From: Candidatus Omnitrophota bacterium
Lineage (GTDB): Bacteria; Omnitrophota; Gorgyraeia; Zapsychrales; Fredricksoniimonadaceae
Assembly (NCBI GenBank): GCA_903836515.1
Contig: CAILQW010000003.1
Coordinates: forward strand, 33,529-97,528
Direction: 5' to 3'
DNA: 64,000 bases
Below, one piece after another: positions 1 to 9,815 of this stretch (its first letter is position 1; each line of letters begins with the position of its first letter). A program made the translations under genes and the position numbers. The notes below the pieces were generated by a model, which saw nothing but the letters and a program-made list of their open reading frames with translations, made no database searches and was not told where the DNA came from.

Positions 1-228
1 GCACGCGCTGGGTCAGATCAGCCACCTGGGTCTGAATCGGACTCGACGCTGTTTTGGATGTCGTTGCACAACCGGAGAGAATCAAAGCAAACACCGCGAT
101 CATAAGGAACCGAATAGCCACGTGACCTGCCTCCCTTTATACGATTGAACACACAGGCCGCATGGCCTGTATTTGTCTTGAAAAGTAACTTAGTCTAGCA
201 AAAAGTCGGCTGAATGGGAAATTTATTT

Positions 229-262
229 ATAAAAAAAACAGGGGGCGAAACCGCCCCCTGAA
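229..262 (-). terminator. Rho-independent terminator downstream of the large exported protein gene
   Basis: GC hairpin cagggggcgaaaccgccccctg (~239-260), followed on the minus strand by a run of 8 T (plus-strand A-run 231-238). Confidence 0.6.
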
Positions 263-316
263 AAAACATGAAAAGGATTAAACGCACACAACACATCATG
301 GCTGTCCAAATTAAGC

Positions 317-374
317 GTAGGGGCCGACCTTGTGTCGGCCCGTTGCGCCGGGCGGACATAAAGTCCGCCCCTAC
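317..374. other. GC-rich nested stem-loop element in the 3' region of the large gene (possible REP-like element or small structured RNA)
   Basis: Outer stem gtaggg/ccctac encloses two hairpins (gccga..tcggc and gcggac ataaa gtccgc). It lies between the CDS stop (502) and the terminator (~240). Confidence 0.3.
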
Positions 375-501
375 ACCAAATTCATACCCCAAATAGCATT
401 GACCGACGACATATGCTGTCCCAATTGGACATATATGACAACACATGTTGTGTTACGGGAGGAAACCTGCCTACCGGCAGGCAGACAAGGTCCTCCCCTA
501 C

Positions 502-3500
502 TCAGCCACGATTCACGGCATCATCGGCATCGACCTTCGCCGGATCAAGCTGGCTGACCTGAAAATTATCATTGCCGCTATGCGCATCCAGACCCAACAA
601 CGGACGCAGGTTCACCGGCTGGGGACCGCCCACAGGTACCGGCACAATGCCACGCAGGTCTTTCTGCAGCTGCATGAGCTGGGCCGGATCGAACTGCGGC
701 ATGCCCGCCGCATCCGTGCCAACAACCTTAAGATAATCCCCCTGGCCCAGGTCGATACCACCCTTGACCTTCCCGGCATCATCAGCCGGGTTTGTAAGCC
801 CTTTTTTTTCTGCAATAGACTTTAGCTTAGGATCAATTGCTTGACTTAACGCCTCAGCCGCAAGCGTCTTTTGAACAACCTGAAAAAGATTTTCGTGTAT
901 AAGCTTCCAAGATTTCGTTCCCTTCTTCGCTTTTAACAATTCCTCTAATGTCCTTAAAAATACCGCCTGACTGTTACCGGACTTATTCTTCGAAACAACC
1001 TCCTCCAAAAGCGCTCGAACCCCTTCTGTACTGCTAAGCATCTGACCCAATTTTGTTCTTTCTTCCTTAGACATAACACTACGAATAATCACTTTTGTGA
1101 GACCCGTAGGATCAAACGTATCGCCTTCCTTCTTATCAACCGTCCCCGCCGCGTCGTAAGCCTTCAACAGCTCAACGACATCTGTAGGGGCAATGCCAGC
1201 CTTCTGAATCTGCTCGACCAGTGCTATCCTTGCAAGGAACAACTCTTTCAATCTTGCTCTCACCGCATCCCGAATAGCCGTAATTCGACCATAGTCAACA
1301 TTCTTTAAATATGAAAGCAACTCATCCAGATTTTGTGGTTTCAAACTATTAATATCTTCAACCATCCTATTAATATTTCCAACCATCTCCATAGTTTTTT
1401 CTGCCTGGTCCCACGCCGCCCTGACAACTTCTTTCTGTTTTAAAGGCAAATCGGAAAGCCTTAACAACGTCTCCAATATGGCTAGGGTAGGCGAAAAAAA
1501 ATGCAATCTGTCTTGAGCACGACCCTTTATATACGGATCATCATTAATCAAATAAGGCATCAAATCCGTCCACTTTGCTGCCGTTATCCCTTTAATTTCC
1601 CTTTGAATCTGCAAATAATGCTCCGGCGTCTCCGTTACTTCCGCCGCGTTATCTTTCACCAGTCTCGCGGCAATCCCTGCGAAATAGGGATCGACAGCCG
1701 TATTATTTGCTAAATCCTTCAATACACCCCAGGCTCCCATTTTCACTAAATCACCTAACGCCTGATTCCCTTTCACACGTAAAGAAACACTGCCTTCATT
1801 ACTGCTCAACACCTTATTTTTCGCTATCATTTGCTTGAAAAGATATATGGCACCCGCCAATGACGGGATGCCGGCAATAAACGCTTCAATTTTAAGTGTC
1901 AACGGCAAATAAATAGCCGTATCAGGCCCCCGCTCTAGACCGCTCGTCGCCGTATAATACCCGCCCCCCACAACAGCAACCGCCGCACCCGTTATAAATG
2001 CCAGTTTCCAAAGCTTTCGAACATTGTTTGAATTGATGACATCTACGGGAAGATTATCCTTATGAAATTGCTCCATATTCGCATCACTGGCTAACGCAAC
2101 CTTCTCCACCTGATCTGACGTTGACACAGCCTCTGCCTGATCTAATGACAAAAATAACCGAGCAACCACTATACCGTCAGGCGTTAAACGGTCTTTGATC
2201 CACATATCTGAAATCGTTCGGTTTGCACCGATTGTTTTAAGAATCCACAAGGCTCGAAATTGATCTATACGCGTGGCTCCGCCTTTCAACAACAGTCTTT
2301 TCGCGGCACTCTCGTAAAAAAGAAACAAAGAGGTGTAAATCGGGATCCCTACCCCCAGAACAGCAGATGCAACAATCGCACCATCTGGCACCGGAATATT
2401 AGTACCCACACTAAACATTGCCTCCCCCATTAAACTCGCCGCCCCTAACACCCAGGCCAAATACCCCAGGAACCCTGTCCTGAAACTTATTAACTTTGTC
2501 GTTACCCCTAAAGGACTACCCATCGCGACAAGAAGATCGCTCTTTGCCTCATCACTTAAGCCAGTGATACCACCGACTAACGTCTGTCCCATGTTGTCCG
2601 CCAATTGATCACGAACCTTGTCAACTTGCGTAAGAAAAAGTTTATAGGGTACAACAAGATATTTATCAAGATTCTTCTTAACCCCTCGCATTATTCTTGT
2701 CACAATGGGACGCATCATTTTCGCACAATCAAGACCGCCCGAGAAATACTTGCGGGGCAGGGTTTCCTGGGTGGTGCGGTCGAATTCTTCCTTCACATAG
2801 TTGTACACGCCCTTCTGATAGGCCTGCAGGTACTGCGCGTACACCTGGGCCTTGGCGTTCTTTTCCGCGATATCAATGCCCTCCACCTTGTTGGTGCCCG
2901 CATAGACCTGGTTCAACAGGCTGTTCTTCAAGGCATTCTTGTACCAGCCCGCGAGGATCAGGGAATGGAAGATCTGCCTCAAGGGGGCGAAATTCTTGCC
3001 TTCATTCACTTCTTTTTCAAGCACCGGCAGGATCACCTCCCGCACCACATCCCGCGCCAGTTCGACGGTCTGGGTATTATCCGCGTCCGTTACAGCGGCG
3101 GCAATCCCCTGCGCCGCATGATAATCCGCCTCCAGCATCACCTTCAGGTGCGCTTTGGTCACGAACGCATTGCCTTCGTGCTGATAGACTTCCGCCACAT
3201 CAGGTGTGATCCACACCTTATTGAAGGTGTCCACCGGAACTTGGGTATTACCGAACTTCGTATACACACGGCTGTAAATTTCATCCCAGAACTTGCGCCC
3301 CAGATCCTTTTCCGGGTACATGAGTGTGGAGGTGATCTGCTTGAGGATATAATCCTGGCCCAGCATGTCGCGCCCGGCATCGGTGTGGCTCAGCTGATCC
3401 GCCATGATCCGGTCTTTTTCGACCGGCGACAAGTTGACCCACAGCTCTTTCTCGGGTACCGCCAGCCCGGCCAGAAAATATTTGACGAGTTTGGTGGTCT

Positions 3501-3777
3501 CATCGGTCAAAGCCTGGCCCTTTAAATCCGAATTACCATTGTCCACAATGAAATCAAACAAAAGCGGGTCTTCAGGATGGATGGCCATGCCCTGCAGAAC
3601 AACCGGGGTGTAATTCCCGGACAGGCCGATCATCTCTCCCGGCTGGGGCAAATTGAACACCGCCTGGGCATAACTAGCCGGCACAAGGCTGGTCAGCATG
3701 AAGGCAGCCATGACGATCAGGCATAACGCCTTCCGGATAAATGATTTACAAGAGATCTCCATGCCTTGATCTACCAT
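502..3777 (-). CDS. large exported/membrane protein, function unknown (1091 aa from the ATG at 3777; the ORF track begins at a TTG at 3798)
   Basis: Single uninterrupted ORF. An AGGAGAG RBS sits 5 nt before the ATG at 3777. N-terminus MVDQGMEISCKSFIRKALCLIVMAAFMLTSLVPASYAQA resembles a signal peptide. Several predicted TM helices occur mid-protein and the C-terminal region is long and alpha-helical. No recognisable catalytic motif. The central ~830-2700 is AT-rich with distinct codon usage. Confidence 0.75.
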   Translation of the reverse strand: MVDQGMEISCKSFIRKALCLIVMAAFMLTSLVPASYAQAVFNLPQPGEMIGLSGNYTPVVLQGMAIHPEDPLLFDFIVDNGNSDLKGQALTDETTKLVKYFLAGLAVPEKELWVNLSPVEKDRIMADQLSHTDAGRDMLGQDYILKQITSTLMYPEKDLGRKFWDEIYSRVYTKFGNTQVPVDTFNKVWITPDVAEVYQHEGNAFVTKAHLKVMLEADYHAAQGIAAAVTDADNTQTVELARDVVREVILPVLEKEVNEGKNFAPLRQIFHSLILAGWYKNALKNSLLNQVYAGTNKVEGIDIAEKNAKAQVYAQYLQAYQKGVYNYVKEEFDRTTQETLPRKYFSGGLDCAKMMRPIVTRIMRGVKKNLDKYLVVPYKLFLTQVDKVRDQLADNMGQTLVGGITGLSDEAKSDLLVAMGSPLGVTTKLISFRTGFLGYLAWVLGAASLMGEAMFSVGTNIPVPDGAIVASAVLGVGIPIYTSLFLFYESAAKRLLLKGGATRIDQFRALWILKTIGANRTISDMWIKDRLTPDGIVVARLFLSLDQAEAVSTSDQVEKVALASDANMEQFHKDNLPVDVINSNNVRKLWKLAFITGAAVAVVGGGYYTATSGLERGPDTAIYLPLTLKIEAFIAGIPSLAGAIYLFKQMIAKNKVLSSNEGSVSLRVKGNQALGDLVKMGAWGVLKDLANNTAVDPYFAGIAARLVKDNAAEVTETPEHYLQIQREIKGITAAKWTDLMPYLINDDPYIKGRAQDRLHFFSPTLAILETLLRLSDLPLKQKEVVRAAWDQAEKTMEMVGNINRMVEDINSLKPQNLDELLSYLKNVDYGRITAIRDAVRARLKELFLARIALVEQIQKAGIAPTDVVELLKAYDAAGTVDKKEGDTFDPTGLTKVIIRSVMSKEERTKLGQMLSSTEGVRALLEEVVSKNKSGNSQAVFLRTLEELLKAKKGTKSWKLIHENLFQVVQKTLAAEALSQAIDPKLKSIAEKKGLTNPADDAGKVKGGIDLGQGDYLKVVGTDAAGMPQFDPAQLMQLQKDLRGIVPVPVGGPQPVNLRPLLGLDAHSGNDNFQVSQLDPAKVDADDAVNRG

Positions 3778-3842
3778 AACAACTCTCCTGTTCTGCAAGT
3801 TTCTTGTTATTTAGAATGTCAACGGATGTCTGACGATGCCAC

Positions 3843-3873
3843 AAATATATATTATAGATACCAGAAAGTCAAG
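3843..3873 (-). promoter_or_regulatory. putative sigma70-type promoter for the large exported protein gene
   Basis: On the minus strand: TTGACT, a 17-nt spacer, then TATATT, about 70-100 nt upstream of the ATG at 3777. Confidence 0.3.
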
Positions 3874-3904
3874 GGCAGGAGGGTTCCAATAGCAAAAGCC
3901 TGGC

Positions 3905-4258
3905 TCACGCCGCCACAGACGGCTTTTGGGAAGAAAGGAGCTGCGTCTTCCAGCTCATGAGGATGTTGAGGCTATGGCAATACCTTATCTGAAAAATGAA
4001 CCGGTTCTTTTTGATATAGATCACCCCCTTGACCTTGAAGACAAAGTGTTCTTGCTGGGCCGTAGTGTCAACCCGCTTCATCATGCGGATCTGCGGAGCC
4101 GGGAGCGCTGCCGGGAGGGCATCCACACGCGTAACAAGATAAATAAAATTTTTCACAACACGGCTATCGCAATCGTTTTCTGCGACTGTTTCCCCCACAG
4201 AAATGGCACGGCCGCGATAACGGGCAAGATCATGTTTGCGGTATGAAACCTGTTTCAT
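3905..4258 (-). CDS. small hypothetical protein (117 aa)
   Basis: Minus-strand ORF with a strong GAGGAG RBS 6 nt before the ATG. Preferred over the overlapping plus-strand ORF 3926..4246, which starts TTG and has no well-placed RBS. No recognisable domain. Confidence 0.5.
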   Translation of the reverse strand: MKQVSYRKHDLARYRGRAISVGETVAENDCDSRVVKNFIYLVTRVDALPAALPAPQIRMMKRVDTTAQQEHFVFKVKGVIYIKKNRFIFQIRYCHSLNILMSWKTQLLSSQKPSVAA

Positions 4259-4371
4259 GGTGTTCTCCTCTCAACTAATGTCTCAAGGATAACATCCGCT
4301 TTCCGCAGAAACAAGGCAGAGGCCCCGGTACCGGGAAAAGGTTTTCTCCAGACGGTAAAAGGCGAAAGGCT

Positions 4372-5022
4372 TCAGGAAGAACGGGGCTTGGAACGCCAGG
4401 GCAGGGGGACGCGCGGCTCCTGGCCGTTAAGAAGGCGGTGGATGTTGGGCCTGTGGCGCAGGACCACAAAGACACAAAAAAGGATGCTCAAAAGAACAAG
4501 GCTCAGGGGCGCGTTGAAAAAAACCATGAGGACCGGCAACAGCACGGCCGCCACCAGCGATGACAAAGAAACGATGGCGGTGATACCAAACGACACAAGC
4601 CAGCCCAGAACGCACAGACCCACGGCCGCGCGCGCTTCGGGGATCGCGATCGTGAACCCGATCAGGACGCCCAGCGTGGTAGCAATACCCTTCCCGCCCT
4701 TGAAATTCAGGAAACATGTCCAGTTATGCCCGCACACAGCAGCTAACGCCGCCGCCATGCGCCCCAGGGTGTAGGGCGCCAGAACCCCGGCCACCCCGGC
4801 CACGGCGATAATCCCTTTAATAATATCAATGATGAGCACCGCGGTCCCCGGCCCCTTGCCCAGGACACGGAAAGCATTGGTCGCGCCCACATTACCTGAA
4901 CCCTGCTGACGGATATCGATCCCTTTCAACACCCGTCCAAAAATATACGCGGTAGGGATGGACCCGATGAGATAACTCAAACTGAGGGTCGCGATAAATT
5001 TAACGGCTGTCATGGTGTCCAT
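4372..5022 (-). CDS. plsY: glycerol-3-phosphate acyltransferase PlsY
   Basis: SGNVGATNAFRVLG motif, multi-TM protein of 216 aa. A GGGAGG RBS sits 8 nt upstream. Neighbours pgsA. Confidence 0.9.
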   Translation of the reverse strand: MDTMTAVKFIATLSLSYLIGSIPTAYIFGRVLKGIDIRQQGSGNVGATNAFRVLGKGPGTAVLIIDIIKGIIAVAGVAGVLAPYTLGRMAAALAAVCGHNWTCFLNFKGGKGIATTLGVLIGFTIAIPEARAAVGLCVLGWLVSFGITAIVSLSSLVAAVLLPVLMVFFNAPLSLVLLSILFCVFVVLRHRPNIHRLLNGQEPRVPLPWRSKPRSS

Positions 5023-5572
5023 TATTAAGCCTCCCGATCCCTTCCTGCATATAGATGATGCCCGACACGATCGTCACCCCCAGCGCCACCCACCACAGCC
5101 ACAGCGCCATGGGCCATTGGAGAAAGACCGCCACCACGCAAACGGCCTGAAAGCAGGCGGTCATCTTGCCCCAGATGTTGGGCTTGATCTCAAGCGCCCC
5201 GGCATGAACCTGCAAAAGAAGCGCGCCCAGGACCAAGATCGCATCCCGCGCAATAAACGCCACCACCAGCCACAAGGGCAGCTGGACCGCCCACCCAAAG
5301 GCACTGCCCTGGCGATAAAGGCACAATAGCGCGCTGATAAAAAGCAATTTGTCAGCCAGCGGGTCCAGGATGGAACCGGCGCGTGTTTTCTGGCGATAAT
5401 GGCGTGCGATATAACCGTCGACCACATCCGATATCTCGGCCAGAAGGTAAACGGCAAAGGCCGCCCAGTGGAACTCCGGGCGTGCCGGCGTGGCGTAAAG
5501 CATCAGGGAAATAAAGAAGGGAACTGCAAGTATCCGCGCCAGGGTGATCTTGTTGGCCAGGGTCAATGCCAT
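5000..5572 (-). CDS. pgsA: CDP-diacylglycerol--glycerol-3-phosphate 3-phosphatidyltransferase
   Basis: CDP-alcohol phosphatidyltransferase motif DGYIAR...GSILDPLADK. About 190 aa, membrane protein. Confidence 0.88.
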   Translation of the reverse strand: MALTLANKITLARILAVPFFISLMLYATPARPEFHWAAFAVYLLAEISDVVDGYIARHYRQKTRAGSILDPLADKLLFISALLCLYRQGSAFGWAVQLPLWLVVAFIARDAILVLGALLLQVHAGALEIKPNIWGKMTACFQAVCVVAVFLQWPMALWLWWVALGVTIVSGIIYMQEGIGRLNNGHHDSR

Positions 5573-5574
5573 AG

Positions 5575-5835
5575 CTATTCCTCAACAGGGACAAGCCGGG
5601 CGCCCGTGCCTGGTTCAAATTCAATCGCACCGCTGTAATGGCGGCCTGTTACGGGCGAATATTTCTCGACAGGGCTCCGCGAGGGGGCCATGGCGCCCAC
5701 AATCTTCTTCGCCGCATCGATCTGCGCGGGGATTGTTTCTGTCCGGCCCGGTAAGGCTGCGTTGCGGCCCGCGGCGCATCCGGGCAGGAGCAGGCATAAC
5801 AAAAGGACAAGAGCAGCGTTTCTCATCTGATCCAT
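5575..5835 (-). CDS. small lipoprotein, hypothetical
   Basis: N-terminal signal with lipobox LLLPGC. 86 aa. Confidence 0.55.
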   Translation of the reverse strand: MDQMRNAALVLLLCLLLPGCAAGRNAALPGRTETIPAQIDAAKKIVGAMAPSRSPVEKYSPVTGRHYSGAIEFEPGTGARLVPVEE

Positions 5836-6413
5836 TTGAGACGGTTCAAGGGCCAGAAAATAACTTCCGCCTTGCCGACCACCAGTTCCTCGGGCACAAA
5901 CCCCCAGTAACGGCTGTCGTGGCTGGAGGCACTGTTATCCCCCATGACAAAATACTGGCCTGGCGGCACGGTGATCTTCTGGCCTGTCTTGGCATAATCG
6001 CCATAGTTGTAATAATGGATCCTGGCCATCGCCCCCTCGGCCACAGGCTTGTCATTGATATACACCACACCGTCCCTGATCTCCACGGTCTCGCCGCCGA
6101 CAGCAATGAGGCGCTTGATGAAATCCTTGTTGCGCTGGACCGGATATTTGAACACCAGGACATCGCCCCGGTGCGGGCGCGTAAAGCCCGGCAGGCGGTA
6201 CGTGGTCCACGGAAGAAGCGCCCCGTAGGCAAGCTTGTTCACAAAAAGCCGGTCGCCCTCCACGAGCGTCATGCGCATGGACCCCGAGGGGATCTTGAAG
6301 GGCTGGATCAAAAACGTGCGGATGGCCATGGCAAGCACGAATGCCACCACCAAAGATTCGGCCCATTCCCACGCGATTTTCTTATTGTTATCGGAAAACA
6401 GTTTGTCCAACAT
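5823..6413 (-). CDS. lepB: signal peptidase I
   Basis: Motifs GSMRMTL, GDNSASSHDSRYWGFVPEELVVGKA. Start chosen at MLDKLF..., which has an AGGAG RBS 8 nt upstream. The ORF track extends to 6626 but that overlaps lepA. Confidence 0.88.
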   Translation of the reverse strand: MLDKLFSDNNKKIAWEWAESLVVAFVLAMAIRTFLIQPFKIPSGSMRMTLVEGDRLFVNKLAYGALLPWTTYRLPGFTRPHRGDVLVFKYPVQRNKDFIKRLIAVGGETVEIRDGVVYINDKPVAEGAMARIHYYNYGDYAKTGQKITVPPGQYFVMGDNSASSHDSRYWGFVPEELVVGKAEVIFWPLNRLKWIR

Positions 6414-6433
6414 GTCAACTCCTGTCATTCGGA

Positions 6434-8224
6434 TTAAATTTTTAACGCCGCCAGGAACGCGGCCTGGGGAACTTCCACACGGCCGATCGATTTCATCTTC
6501 TTCTTGCCTTCCTTCTGCTTCTCCCAAAGTTTGCGCTTGCGCGAAATATCGCCGCCGTAACACTTGGCCGTGACATTCTTGCCCATGGACTTGATGCGCG
6601 AAGAGGCAATGACGCGCCCGTCGCACGTGGCCTGGATGCGGATCTCAAAGAGCTGGGCCGGGATGAGTTCCTTCAGCTTCTCGCAGAGCGCCGCCCCCTT
6701 TTCATACGCGCGGTCCTTGTGCACCAGGCACGCGAAAGCGTCGCAAGCTTCGTCGTTGATGAGGATATCGAGCTTGGCGATGGGCGCGGGCTTGTACCCG
6801 GTAAATTCGTAGTCGATCGACCCGTACCCGCGGGTGGCCGACTTGACCATGTCGTTAAAATCCACGATCACCTCCGCCAGCGGAATATCGTAAATGATGC
6901 GCATGCGGTCGGAGATGTACTCGCTCTTGATAAAAATACCGCGTTTGCGTTTGGCCAGTTCCATCACCGCGTCCATGGTGGTGACAGGGGTCATGACGGC
7001 GACCTTGAGATAAGGCTCCTCAACGGACTTAACATCGCTGGAACCCGGCAGCTGGGAGGGGTTCTCGATGTCGGTCATGACGCCGCTTTTGGTCACATAA
7101 CGGTACCCGACATTGGGTGTTGTCAACACAAGGCTCAGGTTATACTCGCGCTCCAGGCGCTCCTGCACCACTTCCATGTGCAAAAGGCCCAGAAAACCGC
7201 AGCGGAACCCGTGGCCGAAGGACTGGGATGTTTCAGGCTCGTAGGTGAAGCTGGGGTCGCTCAGGCGCAGTTTGTCGATGGCTTCGCGCAGTTCCATATA
7301 CTGGTCGGCCGTGACAGGATAGACCCCGCAAAAAACAAGAGGCTTGAGCAGACGGTACCCCTCCAGCGGCGCCTCACAAGGATTGGCCGCATCGGTGACC
7401 GTGTCGCCCACGCGCACTTCCTTGGGATCGCGCACATTGCAGGTGATATAACCGACCTCGCCCGCCCCAAAGCCCTTGGTCTTCACGTCAAAGGGGGTGA
7501 AATACCCCATCCCCTCGACCGTGTACTCACGGTTCATGTGCATAAGCCGGATGCGCGTCCCGATGCCGAGTTTGCCGTCGATGACGCGGATAAAAATGAT
7601 GATACCCTTGTAGACATCGTATTTCATGTCAAAAATGAGCGCCTTGAGCGGCCGGGCCTCCTCGCCGTAAGGCGCGGGAATAAACGCCACGATCTTCTCA
7701 AGGAGCTCGCCGATGAAAAGGCCCTCTTTCGCCGAAACCTTCTGGATGTCCTCTTCCCGGAACCCGAGCACCTCCTTGAACTGGCGCACGGCTTCATTCA
7801 GGTCGATGTTGGCGATGTCGATCTTGTTGATGACCGGCAGGATCTCGAGGTTGTTGTTGATGGCCAGGTAATAGTTCGCCACCGTCTGAGACTCGACCCC
7901 CTGCGACGCGTCGATGATGAGCAAAGCGCCCTCGCAGGCCTTGAGGGATTTCTCAACCTCGTAGGTGAAATCCACATGCCCAGGGGTATCGATGAGATTG
8001 AAAAGATACTCCTGGCCGTCTTTGGCCTTGTAGGTGAGGCGCACAGCCGATGCCTTGATGGTGATGCCGCGCTCGCGCTCCAGGTCCATGTCGTCCAAAA
8101 GCTGGTTCTTGAAACTGCGCTCGTCGATAGCGCCGCAGGAAAGCATGAGCCGGTCGGCAAGTGTGGACTTGCCGTGGTCAATGTGGGCGATGATGGAAAA
8201 ATTACGGATGCGTGACTGGTCCAT
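6434..8224 (-). CDS. lepA: elongation factor 4 (LepA)
   Basis: N-terminus MDQSRIRNFSIIAHIDHGKSTLADRL with GTPase motifs. 596 aa. Confidence 0.95.
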   Translation of the reverse strand: MDQSRIRNFSIIAHIDHGKSTLADRLMLSCGAIDERSFKNQLLDDMDLERERGITIKASAVRLTYKAKDGQEYLFNLIDTPGHVDFTYEVEKSLKACEGALLIIDASQGVESQTVANYYLAINNNLEILPVINKIDIANIDLNEAVRQFKEVLGFREEDIQKVSAKEGLFIGELLEKIVAFIPAPYGEEARPLKALIFDMKYDVYKGIIIFIRVIDGKLGIGTRIRLMHMNREYTVEGMGYFTPFDVKTKGFGAGEVGYITCNVRDPKEVRVGDTVTDAANPCEAPLEGYRLLKPLVFCGVYPVTADQYMELREAIDKLRLSDPSFTYEPETSQSFGHGFRCGFLGLLHMEVVQERLEREYNLSLVLTTPNVGYRYVTKSGVMTDIENPSQLPGSSDVKSVEEPYLKVAVMTPVTTMDAVMELAKRKRGIFIKSEYISDRMRIIYDIPLAEVIVDFNDMVKSATRGYGSIDYEFTGYKPAPIAKLDILINDEACDAFACLVHKDRAYEKGAALCEKLKELIPAQLFEIRIQATCDGRVIASSRIKSMGKNVTAKCYGGDISRKRKLWEKQKEGKKKMKSIGRVEVPQAAFLAALKI

Positions 8225-8225
8225 G

Positions 8226-8927
8226 CTAAACGCGGCCTGCCGGAGACCGGTCAGCCTCCTGTTTCCCTGTTATACGACGATAAAGTGCTTCCACGACCTG
8301 GTCAATATTCATGTGCGTTGAATCGATGAGCAAGGCATCATCCGCCCGGCGCAGGGGGCCAACGGCGCGGGTCATGTCCCTGTGGTCGCGCGCGGCCAGG
8401 TCTTCCCGGAGCGCTTTTTCGTCCACCGCCTGCCCTTTGGCCTTCAATTCATCGATGCGCCGCTGACAGCGGACGTCAAAATCAGCGTCAAGATAAAATT
8501 TGTACTTCGCCTGGGGGAACACCACGGTCCCCAGGTCCCGCCCGTCCCCCACCAAAGACCTCCTGGCGCCAAGCACGCGCTGCCACTCAACCATGATATG
8601 GCGGACCTCCGGCGTCCGGGCGGCGTAAAACGTATTGTTGGTGACATCCAGGGAACGTATCGCCTCGCTCACGTCCTCGCCGTCCAAGAGGACCTTGAGC
8701 TGTTGCCCGGGCTCATTGACAAGGTCGATCACGCTCATCCCGGCAAGCGCCGTGAGGGCCTGCGCGTCCTTAAGGTCGACGCCCTGGCGCAGGGCCTTGA
8801 GCGTGAGCGCCCTGTACATCGCCCCCGTGTCCATGAACGCGACACCGAGTTGCCTTGCCAGGACCCTGGCCACGGTGCTTTTCCCCGCACCCGCCGGCCC
8901 GTCAATCGTAACAACAAAATCAGGCAT
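8226..8927 (-). CDS. cmk: cytidylate kinase
   Basis: P-loop IDGPAGAGKSTVARVLA. 233 aa. Confidence 0.9.
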   Translation of the reverse strand: MPDFVVTIDGPAGAGKSTVARVLARQLGVAFMDTGAMYRALTLKALRQGVDLKDAQALTALAGMSVIDLVNEPGQQLKVLLDGEDVSEAIRSLDVTNNTFYAARTPEVRHIMVEWQRVLGARRSLVGDGRDLGTVVFPQAKYKFYLDADFDVRCQRRIDELKAKGQAVDEKALREDLAARDHRDMTRAVGPLRRADDALLIDSTHMNIDQVVEALYRRITGKQEADRSPAGRV

Positions 8928-9786
8928 GGCTCTTTTTCTCCAGCAACTCCCGTTTCGCCTTGGCCTGGTTGAAAAGTTGCACCAGAGCCGCTTCGTCCCG
9001 GTCGACGACCGCCTTGCGGATCTCGGCCAGGGATTTCACCGCCTCGTCAATGGCCTTGGCCACATGCCGATAATTGGAAGCACAGATATCCGCCCACATC
9101 TGGCTCGACGAACCCGCCACACGGGTGGTGTCCATCAAGCCGGCGGCGCCATAGACCAGAAAATCTTCGGGAATAGCCCGCACAAGGGCAAAAGCCATCA
9201 TGTGCGGCAAATGGCTCACATACGCCAGCGCCTCGTCATGCTGTAATGGTTCCATGGTCTTGACATGGGCGCCGAACAGTGTCCAGAGCTGTTTGACCTT
9301 GTCCCGGGCCGCGCGGCTGGTCTTGTCCGTGGGCGTCATGATGCAGACGGCCCCCTTGAAAAGGTCGGCATTCGCGTGGGCGACCCCGCTCTTTTCAGAA
9401 CCGGCCATCGGATGCGAACCGACAAAAAGCACATGCGGCGGAAAATGTTTCTGGGCCGCGTCAACGATTGCAGCCTTGGAACTGCCCACATCGGTCACCA
9501 CACAACCCCGGCGCAGGTGTTTGGAAATATCCTCGATATGCGCCAGGATCACCTTGACGGGCGCAGCCAGGATCACAAGGTCCGCGCCCTGGATGGCCTT
9601 GCGCGGATCCGTTGTGCCCTCGTCAATGATCTTCATGTCAACAGCCGTCTTGATCGAGGCTTCCTGGCGCGACATGCCAACAACCTGCGTGGCCAGCCCG
9701 TGTTTCTTGAGGGCCAGCGCGATGGACCCGCCGATCATGCCCGTCCCCAGAATGACCGCTTTTCTGAACATATGCCGATGGAACAT
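8920..9786 (-). CDS. tyrA: prephenate/arogenate dehydrogenase
   Basis: Rossmann motif [10 protein letters not shown]. 288 aa. Sits in an aromatic amino-acid gene cluster. Confidence 0.85.
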   Translation of the reverse strand: MFHRHMFRKAVILGTGMIGGSIALALKKHGLATQVVGMSRQEASIKTAVDMKIIDEGTTDPRKAIQGADLVILAAPVKVILAHIEDISKHLRRGCVVTDVGSSKAAIVDAAQKHFPPHVLFVGSHPMAGSEKSGVAHANADLFKGAVCIMTPTDKTSRAARDKVKQLWTLFGAHVKTMEPLQHDEALAYVSHLPHMMAFALVRAIPEDFLVYGAAGLMDTTRVAGSSSQMWADICASNYRHVAKAIDEAVKSLAEIRKAVVDRDEAALVQLFNQAKAKRELLEKKSHA

Positions 9787-9815
9787 TATTTATCTCCTGT
9801 AAGATCCATGACGGA

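Noticed and set aside
195-446. 83-aa minus-strand ORF
   Set aside because: It runs straight through the intrinsic terminator hairpin and the structured element, has a Cys-rich nonsense composition, and has no RBS.
2605-3525. 306-aa plus-strand ORF (and other long plus-strand ORFs at 5544-6437, 9265-10143, 20737-21492, 23933-24844, 26284-27237, 27352-28449, 28677-29744, 37284-38408, 48085-48795, 61839-62861)
   Set aside because: Each is antisense to a well-supported minus-strand gene. All are low-complexity Arg/Gly/Pro-rich translations without motifs and are interpreted as GC-driven shadow ORFs.
3926-4246. 106-aa plus-strand ORF overlapping the small minus-strand gene
   Set aside because: TTG start. 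The nearest SD is 33 nt from the first internal ATG. The minus-strand frame has a canonical GAGGAG-N6-ATG.
6719-8215. 498-aa plus-strand ORF
   Set aside because: Lies exactly antisense to lepA, which has unmistakable EF4 motifs on the minus strand. Typical shadow ORF in GC-rich DNA with no recognisable domains.
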